Origin: Fibrobacteria bacterium
GTDB taxonomy: Bacteria; Fibrobacterota; Fibrobacteria; UBA11236
DNA length: 64,000 nt
NCBI GenBank assembly: GCA_043732185.1
Contig: JAYTHY010000042.1
Span: 32,624 to 96,623, forward strand
Direction of reading: 5' to 3'
Positions 9,062 through 17,187 of this stretch are shown here, piece by piece. Below the pieces are notes generated by a model. That model made no database searches. It was given only the letters and a program-made list of their open reading frames with translations, and was not told the DNA's origin. Each line of letters starts with the position of its first letter. The stretch's first letter is position 1. The position numbers were made by a program, and so were the translations under genes.

Positions 9062-12000
9062 ATGAGAGGCGATTTTTCCACTTGGAACAAAGATGGATCT
9101 CGAAATTTTAGAGGCACCCTGCATCAACAAGGCCGGGTCCTGATCGATAGGGATTGGAACGCGCAAACCGAGATCAACATTGAGTGGCAGCAAACTGCCG
9201 GACGCGATGCATTCGGTGCGGGTGTGGCCGCAGTTCCAGCGGAACTTCCGCAGGGCTTTAAGGTCACGGGCGCAAAAATAGTTGGCAGTGATGTTTTGGT
9301 GGCCGTAAGCAAAGGGCGGGTTTGGGCGGACGGCCTGCTAGTAGAATCTCCCAAGGATATTTCCAATCGCATCGCCAGTTACCTGAACCTGCCCCCAAAG
9401 ACATTGCCCAACCCGAATGCCGCTCCACGTGATGCCGTGATTCTGGAGTCCTGGCTGGAGGAGTTGAATCCATTCCAGGCCACGTCGCTGCTGATTGAAC
9501 CCGCGCTTGGCGGTGTCGATACTACGGAACGTGTTCAAACCGCTTTTCGTTTTCGACTCTTCCGAATGGAGTCTGGCGACACGTGCGATTCGATTTTGCC
9601 AAAACTTGCGGACGATTTTTCGGCCAAAGGAAAACTTACCGTTAAACTAGATCCCTTCACGGATACCGGCGGTGATTGCCCGGTGGTGGAAAGCGGCGGG
9701 TATACGGGATTCGAGCATCGACTCTACCGCATTGAAATAGCCGAGACCGCCAAAGCCGGCGCCTGGTTCAAATGGTCTCAGTTCAACGGCGGATTGGTGG
9801 GCACAGGGGATTTCGACGCGCCAAGTAGAAAGGTTTCCATTCACGGGAACCTGAATGCGATTCTCCATTGCGGCGTAAGCGAGTTTTATTTCGAAGCCTT
9901 GGATTTGGATGACGCAACCGGCTACTGGCGCGTGGCCTATGCCGCCAAGGCCACTCTGGGACCGGATAACAAGCTCGCCTTGCCTACCCCGGCGCACCCG
10001 GACGAATTTCTAGGTCCCTATCCACCTGCTCCTGTCACGGGCAAGCGCTTTTTCCGACTCTGGAACGGCATTGAACCCATTGCCGATTATGTCACGGCCG
10101 AAAAAGATTTGCCAGACCTGGTTGGAATAAAATTGAAATTCGATACCACAGTAGCTGCAAAGTATACACCATCCGATTTCTGGACCTTCCAGGTTCGAGC
10201 CGGTGAGATTGGAAATCCCGCAGTGTTGGTAGGCGATCCGGTTACCTTTGTAGGTGCGCCGCCGCAAGGCATTCTTTATCACCGCGTGCCATTGGCAGAA
10301 ATCATGTGGTCTGCCACCGGGGTGGACATCGAAGACTGTCGCCGCATTTTTCTGCCGCTTACCAAACTCAAAACCTGCTGCACGTATCGCGTAGGTGACG
10401 GTGTCCATTCCCACGGAGAATTCACACGGATCCAGGATGCGATCAACGCCCTCCCCAAATCGGAGGGGGGCGAAGTATGCATTTTGCCTGGTGTCTACAC
10501 AGAAAACATCGTCCTGGACGCGCCGCATAATCGCAACATCCTCCTGAAAGGTTGCGGCAAACGCACGGTCCTCCGCTCCGGCACGAAGGATCCGGTTATC
10601 CGCGTCCAATCGGGACAAAACATCCATATCGAATCGCTAGCGGTGGAAGCGAATGAAGATGGAATAGGGATTTTACTCAACGGCGAAGAAAAAACCGCGA
10701 GCAACGGAAACCGCGAAAAATATCTGAAAGATATCACCCTCTCCGAACTCTTCATAACGGCGGCAAAAGGTTCTGCCATCAAGGCTTTTGTTGCCCAATG
10801 CTTGACTTTAAATGATTCCGTGATCCAGATCAAGGATGCGGAAACGCGGGAGATTGCGGTCTATTTGGCGGGTGATGACATGCTCGTAAAAGGCTGCGAA
10901 ATCCGAGTTGTTACCGAGCAACTGGCCAAACTCGGCGAAGCTACATCCAACGATCTGAATCATCTGTATCCCGCCAAAGGCGCACCAGGTGGGTTACAGA
11001 TAGCCGGTGGGTCCGAACGCGTCCGTATTCTCGACAACTTGATCGTCAGTGGTACGCGAAACGGAATTACTTTGGGCAGCGTGGATCTGATCCGGCAAGG
11101 CCATTTGATCCGGAATCACATCCCCATCCACTGGATAGGCGAGCTCGAGGATTGCTGTAAGCCGGACGATGGCTTTGTGGACGACGGAAACACAACCGAA
11201 GATGGCAGCATTCCGGTAGCCGGACCACCGCTTGAAGATATTTTGATTCAGGCCAATCGTATTTTCAATATGGGCCGCAACGGGATTGGCGTGGTCACGT
11301 TCTTCAGTCTCGGCGACAAAACCGATCCGAAAGATGTGTCGGCCATCGGGAAGAATACTGAGAAAGGCGTGGTTTCCGTTTCCAAGTTGGTCATCTGCGA
11401 GAACCGGATCGAGCGCTGCTTGAATTCCAATCTCCAGGAAATTCCGGAAAAGTTCGGATCCCTAATGGGCTACGGCGGCATTTCCCTGGCGGATACCGAG
11501 GCCTTCGTGGTCCGGGATAATTTCATCATCGACAACGGTCCTGATTTTCTGGAACCGATTTGCGGGATTTTTGTGCTATCGGGTCAAGGTATCGAGATAT
11601 CGCGCAATCATATTCTGAACAACGGCATGCGAAACCAAAAGGAGTTGAACGCGAAAACCGTAAAGCGGGGGCCCCGTGGCGGCATTTACATAGCCATGGC
11701 GCGAACCTCGGGAATCGACGTCATTCCTGGTTCGGATCGGAGTATGTATTTCGCCAGCGGGTTTCCAGCGGCCAAGATCCATGACAATTGTGTCACCGTT
11801 CCGCTGGGTAGAAGCCTGACCCTTATTGCAAATGGACCCGTGTCCGTCATCGGCAATCGGTTCACGAGCTTTGGTCTACGCCCCATCAATTTCCTTTCGT
11901 TGATCCTATCGGTGGCCACGCAAGGCAGTCTGAAGGCCGAATTGTTATGGGACCTCATTGACTTGATTGCCGGAAACATCTTCATTTTCAATCAGGGAAT

Positions 12001-12580
12001 GCTGGCTCTCATCCCAGCTATGGATCATGGATTTAAGAATATCCAATCAGGCACAGCTGCAAATGCCCAGGTGGAAAAAACTCCCGTTACCCTGAACGCT
12101 GTATCACTTCCAAAAAACCAGGTCCGTTATTTTGCTACGGGTACCGTTCTATTCACCAACAATCAATGTCACCAGAACCTGGCCACACCGGCGCCATCCT
12201 TTGCATTATCATCGATATGTATCGCCAGTTTGGATGATGTAGGTTTTCACACGAATCAATGCGATTGCGATCTGGATCAGGACTTTTTGATGGTCAATGC
12301 CTTTATATTTGGAATGACAGCAAGAATCAGTGATAACCGGTTTCGAGAATCTCTGATGAAAGTATTTTTTTCCGCCGCGACATTCGGAATGCAAGTTATC
12401 ACTACAGACAACGAATCCATCCATTGCCTACTTGTACTGGGCACCGCCTACCTAAAACGACACAACCTGGTTCTGCTTGAAATCGGAACCATCAATGGCG
12501 ACATAACCAAGGTGGATGGTCCGCATGTTTGCGACAATATTATGAAGTTGTTCAAAAATTTTGGCATCCCTAATAAATAA
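9062..12580 (+). CDS. DUF6519-like protein with C-terminal right-handed parallel beta-helix (putative tail fibre/spike)
   Basis: N-terminal MRGDFS...QQGRVLIDRDWN, GRVWADGLL, EPALGGVDTTERVQ, GYTGFEHRLYRIEI, FKWSQFNG. Then IQDAINALP..GGEVCILPGVY and repeated I.x.N.x.I beta-helix rungs. Confidence 0.75.
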   Translation: MRGDFSTWNKDGSRNFRGTLHQQGRVLIDRDWNAQTEINIEWQQTAGRDAFGAGVAAVPAELPQGFKVTGAKIVGSDVLVAVSKGRVWADGLLVESPKDISNRIASYLNLPPKTLPNPNAAPRDAVILESWLEELNPFQATSLLIEPALGGVDTTERVQTAFRFRLFRMESGDTCDSILPKLADDFSAKGKLTVKLDPFTDTGGDCPVVESGGYTGFEHRLYRIEIAETAKAGAWFKWSQFNGGLVGTGDFDAPSRKVSIHGNLNAILHCGVSEFYFEALDLDDATGYWRVAYAAKATLGPDNKLALPTPAHPDEFLGPYPPAPVTGKRFFRLWNGIEPIADYVTAEKDLPDLVGIKLKFDTTVAAKYTPSDFWTFQVRAGEIGNPAVLVGDPVTFVGAPPQGILYHRVPLAEIMWSATGVDIEDCRRIFLPLTKLKTCCTYRVGDGVHSHGEFTRIQDAINALPKSEGGEVCILPGVYTENIVLDAPHNRNILLKGCGKRTVLRSGTKDPVIRVQSGQNIHIESLAVEANEDGIGILLNGEEKTASNGNREKYLKDITLSELFITAAKGSAIKAFVAQCLTLNDSVIQIKDAETREIAVYLAGDDMLVKGCEIRVVTEQLAKLGEATSNDLNHLYPAKGAPGGLQIAGGSERVRILDNLIVSGTRNGITLGSVDLIRQGHLIRNHIPIHWIGELEDCCKPDDGFVDDGNTTEDGSIPVAGPPLEDILIQANRIFNMGRNGIGVVTFFSLGDKTDPKDVSAIGKNTEKGVVSVSKLVICENRIERCLNSNLQEIPEKFGSLMGYGGISLADTEAFVVRDNFIIDNGPDFLEPICGIFVLSGQGIEISRNHILNNGMRNQKELNAKTVKRGPRGGIYIAMARTSGIDVIPGSDRSMYFASGFPAAKIHDNCVTVPLGRSLTLIANGPVSVIGNRFTSFGLRPINFLSLILSVATQGSLKAELLWDLIDLIAGNIFIFNQGMLALIPAMDHGFKNIQSGTAANAQVEKTPVTLNAVSLPKNQVRYFATGTVLFTNNQCHQNLATPAPSFALSSICIASLDDVGFHTNQCDCDLDQDFLMVNAFIFGMTARISDNRFRESLMKVFFSAATFGMQVITTDNESIHCLLVLGTAYLKRHNLVLLEIGTINGDITKVDGPHVCDNIMKLFKNFGIPNK

Positions 12581-12598
12581 CTTGCGAGACATGAGGAA

Positions 12599-13288
12599 AT
12601 GAATATGGAAGCTAGACAAAAAATTACCGTCGAACAGGCTGCTTCGGAACTGGATCGGAGCATGGAGAGCCTGGATGAATTGCGCGCCGCGCACCTAGGG
12701 GAATCGCTCAAAGTAGAAGGCGCCAAAGGGAATGTGTATGTCCGCGAACACGCGCGTTTGCTAGGGAAATACGGTAAGGGCCATCCTCGCACTTTGGATA
12801 TAGAGGCGCGAATGAAAGCCAATCAGATGTACCAGGCAGCTATCGTTACAGAATACCACAACGCGTCAACGCCGCGCCCCCAGCCCAGCAAGGGTTGGGC
12901 TTTGGACGGATTCGTCCGCTCAACCGATGGCCGGCCAGTGCATGGGGTGACGGTAGGTTTATACGATCGGGCGAATATGTGGCAACAGAGTTTTGGACAT
13001 GCCTGTACGGATAAGGACGGATATTTTTCCCTACGGGTTGATACGCTTCCGGAAAAACCGACCAGCCCATTATTCGTGCGGGCCGCCAAGGAAAGGCGGA
13101 TCCTCCCATCCCGTGATTTGCCCGTGCTCCCCAAAGCCGGTGCCACCAAAAGAGTGGAAATTATTTTGGGGGAACAGAATGATAAGAAAGAGGATTGCCT
13201 GCCGCCGGACGGGCAAATTACTCCGATGTCTACGCCTCCTGAGATCCAAGAAAACGAAAAGCCCGCTACCAAGAAAAATCGCAAATGA
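12599..13288 (+). CDS. eCIS accessory protein: N-terminal helical region plus carboxypeptidase-regulatory/transthyretin-like beta-sandwich
   Basis: LDGFVRSTDGRPVHGVTVGLYD...ACTDKDGYFSL pattern. GAGG-like SD upstream; sits in the operon. Confidence 0.6.
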   Translation: MNMEARQKITVEQAASELDRSMESLDELRAAHLGESLKVEGAKGNVYVREHARLLGKYGKGHPRTLDIEARMKANQMYQAAIVTEYHNASTPRPQPSKGWALDGFVRSTDGRPVHGVTVGLYDRANMWQQSFGHACTDKDGYFSLRVDTLPEKPTSPLFVRAAKERRILPSRDLPVLPKAGATKRVEIILGEQNDKKEDCLPPDGQITPMSTPPEIQENEKPATKKNRK

Positions 13289-13298
13289 ATCCGGAGCC

Positions 13299-15662
13299 AT
13301 GAAGACTTTTACATCGGATATACCGAAAAGAAAATTGCCGGAGACGGTGCATTCGCAGGACTGGACTGCAGAAAAATCGAGTGGCGTTCCGGAACCCTTT
13401 GGCCAAGGTCCGGTGCCTATCCTTCGCAAAGCTTCTTGTTCCTGCGGGGGCGGTTGTGCCTCCTGCCACGCATCCTCGAATGGTTTGCAGGTGTCCGAGC
13501 TTGGTGGTCCGGCTGAAATGGAAACGAGTAGGCAGAGAAATGAATGGAAGCCGCTGCCACTGGGTGTCGGGGCCTCTTCACAAAGCCCCGGGCATGTCCT
13601 TAAGGCATTGGACTCCGGCGGACAAGCACTCGATTCTCAAACCCGTAATTTTTTTGAACCGCGTCTGGGATACGATCTTAGCGGCGTTCGTGTACATACG
13701 GGCTCAAATGCCGAACACTCGGCGGCTGAGGTTAGTGCCAATGCCTACACCTTGGGCCAAAACATTGTTTTTGGAGCGGCTCGATTCGAGCCTGATACGC
13801 ATCAGGGCCGCCTCTTGCTTGGCCACGAGCTGACACATGTTGTCCAGCAAAGCAAAGCTCAGATCCATGCGCATGCATTTGAACCTGAAAATTCGCCAGC
13901 GGAACGCGAAGCCAGCACGGTAGCGAACGACATCGTTTACGGCGGCGCTCAAAATACTGTGACAGCCATTCCTAAGGGAATTCCTCGCGACGTGGGTTTT
14001 GCTGCACGAGGGCCTATTCCGGATGCGTATGGCCTAGGATACAATGAGATCCTAACTCGTGGCGGTCAGGGTTCGATGGCTGCTGTGTTTGACTTAGCAT
14101 CCCTCGAGACGGCATCGATGGATGCGGATCTGGGGAAATTTGACGCGATGACTCCGGAGAAGAAAAGCGCAATCCTGGCGCTCGAGCCTTACGCAGTAGG
14201 ATCCGCATGCGCACGCTGGTTCAATCGGCTGCGCGCGCACGCGAATGTGACAACTGCTTTGTCAACGATGCCGAAGTTGACGCCCGAACAAGAACGGGAA
14301 GGTGAGCTCGCATACTACCAGTCGACACGAGCGTCACAGTTAGATTCCGCTTACAGGCAATTCCTTGTAGAGCTTCCGCAACTTTCACCGGACCAGATTT
14401 ATGACCGGTGGAAGTCGGACCGGACGCGTTTTATAAAGATCGCATCGACTCCGAATCATGGCCTCCCTCCGGAGCAGATGATCCTAATCTATCGGCTCTA
14501 CTGGGGCGATTTCCGAGAAAGAGCCGTCGCGAAACAAATTGACCTCAACAACCGCCGACTCGGAGCAACGGATGAATTCGATCACGCAGAGAGAGAGGAA
14601 GAATTCGCAAATGCAGCTCTTGCTGCGGTTGTCGACGCGCATGAAAACCTTTTGGCAGCGCAGGCAATCGGTAGGAGCTTGACACTGGACGTACTAACCG
14701 AATACGCCCTCAACTCGGTCGGCTTTCGACAGGGGTTGGCACTACTCGCTATGGCCATTGGATCGGTAGGCCAGGTTCGTGGAACCGGCTCGCCTCGTCC
14801 CACAAAATCGAGCGCTACACCCGCAACATCACAGCCCGTTGCAAGTTCCGCGCGCCAGCAAGGGCCACCGAATTTGGAAGTGATTCAGGGCGGCGGTCAA
14901 GGACGCGCCGCGCCGTCGGTTAACACGACACCGGCCGTGAACCAGCCGGTTGCCTATACAGGGCAAGGTGGAGCTGCTCCTAACCTTGCCCTCGATCCCG
15001 TTGTCGCGCCAGTCGTGGCACCACGCCACCTGCAAAGCGTTCCAATGCCTGCGCCAGTTCCAGTCCAAGCTCCCGTGATTATGCCCGCACCCAGCCCATT
15101 AGCGCCTACTGTTGCACCTATCTCTGCCATTTCGCCCTTTGCAGCCATCGGAATAGGGGTGGCCTCTCGAATCGGCACATCACAACTTCCTCGCCCTGAT
15201 GTGGACACGGATTTGGATGAACCGGTAAAGCGTGGCCAGTGCACGTACCAATCGATTCCCCAGCAATTCGGGAGGTTCCCGTGCCACGCGGCGTACGCTA
15301 CAAGTCTTAGTGGTGTTTCGCGAGAAGTTCGAGTCAAAAATCCCATCGAGCAGTCGGTTGATTTCGATGCCATGAATCACGGCGGTATGCTCTTCGAAGT
15401 GAAAACGGGATACCGATGGTTGCCATTCATGAAGGACGAGAAGCGCAAAAATGAAATCATAACCCGGTTCTGGCTGCAAGCGGTGAATCAGCTGATGGTG
15501 GCTGGAAGTTGCGGCCACCCCTTGAAGTGGTATTTCAACGACCCGTATGCTGCCAGTTTTTTCGGAGCAGTGAATTCGCCCTATCCTAAATACTTCGGTG
15601 CCCCGTTGCCTGTTGAGGTTTGGTACGTTCCTTATGCTTGCGACCAGGATAGTGATGGATAG
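13299..15662 (+). CDS. DUF4157 (eCIS core) effector 1 with C-terminal restriction-endonuclease-fold (Tox-REase-5-like) toxin
   Basis: RKASCSCGGGCASC leader. Core RNFFEPRLGYDLSGVRVHT..ANAYTLGQNIVF..LLGHELTHVVQQ. C-terminal VDFDA..LFEVKTGY..QAVNQ..LKWYF. Start moved to ATG 13299 to avoid overlapping the upstream gene. Confidence 0.75.
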   Translation: MKTFTSDIPKRKLPETVHSQDWTAEKSSGVPEPFGQGPVPILRKASCSCGGGCASCHASSNGLQVSELGGPAEMETSRQRNEWKPLPLGVGASSQSPGHVLKALDSGGQALDSQTRNFFEPRLGYDLSGVRVHTGSNAEHSAAEVSANAYTLGQNIVFGAARFEPDTHQGRLLLGHELTHVVQQSKAQIHAHAFEPENSPAEREASTVANDIVYGGAQNTVTAIPKGIPRDVGFAARGPIPDAYGLGYNEILTRGGQGSMAAVFDLASLETASMDADLGKFDAMTPEKKSAILALEPYAVGSACARWFNRLRAHANVTTALSTMPKLTPEQEREGELAYYQSTRASQLDSAYRQFLVELPQLSPDQIYDRWKSDRTRFIKIASTPNHGLPPEQMILIYRLYWGDFRERAVAKQIDLNNRRLGATDEFDHAEREEEFANAALAAVVDAHENLLAAQAIGRSLTLDVLTEYALNSVGFRQGLALLAMAIGSVGQVRGTGSPRPTKSSATPATSQPVASSARQQGPPNLEVIQGGGQGRAAPSVNTTPAVNQPVAYTGQGGAAPNLALDPVVAPVVAPRHLQSVPMPAPVPVQAPVIMPAPSPLAPTVAPISAISPFAAIGIGVASRIGTSQLPRPDVDTDLDEPVKRGQCTYQSIPQQFGRFPCHAAYATSLSGVSREVRVKNPIEQSVDFDAMNHGGMLFEVKTGYRWLPFMKDEKRKNEIITRFWLQAVNQLMVAGSCGHPLKWYFNDPYAASFFGAVNSPYPKYFGAPLPVEVWYVPYACDQDSDG

Positions 15663-15692
15663 GTTCACTTGGAGGGGAGAGGTAAACGGCCT

Positions 15693-17171
15693 ATGAACGC
15701 AAGAGCCATGAACCAGAGAGAGTCTGCAAATTTCGATTTACAAAAGCACCGTCAAGGGGACCGGGCGGAACTTTTCCGGGAAATTTTCCCCGGGATGGCC
15801 GACCAGAATAGGGTTTCGGTCTTTCGCAAAGCCTCATGTTCCTGCGGAGGGGGTTGTCCCTCTTGCCAGGAATCCTCAAATAATTTGCAACTGTCTCAAC
15901 CCGGTGATCCGGCAGAAGTGGAAGCCGATCAGGTTGCCGAAAAAATCATGAGGATGCCCAACAACGAAAGCGGGAAACTCCGGAGTGAATCCAAACCGGA
16001 GGCTTGGCCGATCCAAAATCCGGCATTCGCCAGCCAGGCAGCCGGTTCCGGTGGCGTTCCGCTCGATACCGGACTCCGTGGTTTTTTTGAACCACGCTTC
16101 GGCGCAGATCTCAGCGAAGTTCGGATTCACTCGGGACACACGGCGGCGGAGTCCGCCCAAGCCATCGACGCTAAGGCTTTCACGATGGGTAGCAATATTT
16201 TTTTCAATGCAGGAGAATATCAGCCGGAAACAACTTCGGGAAAACACCTCCTTGCCCATGAACTCGCACATGTCCGCCAAGGTGGCGGTGGCATCCGGCG
16301 CTGCGCCAATCCTGCAGTGAATGACCCAAAATTTGATTGGCAAATCGGTAAAGTCAAAAAGCATCCCAACTATCTGGCTTTGGCGGATAAAACTGAGGCC
16401 GATGATGTATTGGTCGAGTTGAAAAAGCAACCTGCGTGCCTTTGGATGCTGGAAAAGTTTCTGACGCTACTGGATACGGCGGAAAAAAGTGAGGCAACCA
16501 TCACTTTGGAAACCAATGATTCAACTGCAGCTGCGGTAGCGGACGAAAAGACACGCGTAGCGATTCCCGCCCAGGCGAAAAACCTGACACTTGAAGAGAC
16601 CCTCTCCGCGGATCCGAAACGGAAATGGGTGAAAGTCACCGGAAAATTTGGGAACGGGAAATACGAGGTTGACAATACAGATCCAAAAAATATTGTGGTG
16701 CGGGCGAAAATATTCCTGCAGACAGCAGGTACTGGCAAGGTTGCGGATGTGGATAGCGTCAAGGCGATGGAAGACGCGATTGAAAAAGCGGCATCGACCA
16801 AGGGGTTCACGGTGGATCTCACTTTTGTGAACACGGCCGGGAATGATGCGTTTGAAGTGGATGTGAATCCAGGAGCATGGGAGGACGCAACGAACTGGGC
16901 AGGAGGAGAACCCCTGGGGTTCGCGCATGAATTTTTCCACCTCATGTTCTATGAAGTGGACCGCTACAACTATATCGATGCCCATTCCACCAACGCATCG
17001 ATGATGATACCATCCAGGATCCATTGGTTTTTGCTGCAATTGAAAAAACCGGCAGGCTGGGACAACCCCGCTTCCATTGCCGCCGGTGGGCCTCATCCAC
17101 TCGACGATGATATTTGCAGGGTGGCCGGATTGCCTGAAGCCGATTGCATCCGAAAACGGAGATCTCCTTAA
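15693..17171 (+). CDS. DUF4157 effector 2 with C-terminal zincin-type metallopeptidase toxin
   Basis: RKASCSCGGGCPSC leader, core FFEPRFGADLSEVRIH..AKAFTMGSNIFF..LLAHELAHVRQ, and a second Zn motif AHEFFHLMFYEVDRY at about 16923-16970. Confidence 0.75.
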   Translation: MNARAMNQRESANFDLQKHRQGDRAELFREIFPGMADQNRVSVFRKASCSCGGGCPSCQESSNNLQLSQPGDPAEVEADQVAEKIMRMPNNESGKLRSESKPEAWPIQNPAFASQAAGSGGVPLDTGLRGFFEPRFGADLSEVRIHSGHTAAESAQAIDAKAFTMGSNIFFNAGEYQPETTSGKHLLAHELAHVRQGGGGIRRCANPAVNDPKFDWQIGKVKKHPNYLALADKTEADDVLVELKKQPACLWMLEKFLTLLDTAEKSEATITLETNDSTAAAVADEKTRVAIPAQAKNLTLEETLSADPKRKWVKVTGKFGNGKYEVDNTDPKNIVVRAKIFLQTAGTGKVADVDSVKAMEDAIEKAASTKGFTVDLTFVNTAGNDAFEVDVNPGAWEDATNWAGGEPLGFAHEFFHLMFYEVDRYNYIDAHSTNASMMIPSRIHWFLLQLKKPAGWDNPASIAAGGPHPLDDDICRVAGLPEADCIRKRRSP

Positions 17172-17187
17172 CTGGAGAGACCCTACA

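Noticed and set aside
2..13288. Prophage or T6SS interpretation of the tail-like genes
   Set aside because: No capsid, terminase, integrase or TssJLM/ClpV genes in the window. Paired baseplate J-like, DUF6519-like and DUF4157-like genes favour eCIS, though the upstream part is unseen.
12993..13298. N-terminal extension of the 889-aa ORF
   Set aside because: It overlaps the 12599..13288 gene. ATG 13299 places the Cys leader about 40 residues from the start, as in the other two effectors.
17077..17187. N-terminal extension of the 1110-aa ORF
   Set aside because: It overlaps effector 2; ATG 17188 has a GGAG SD.
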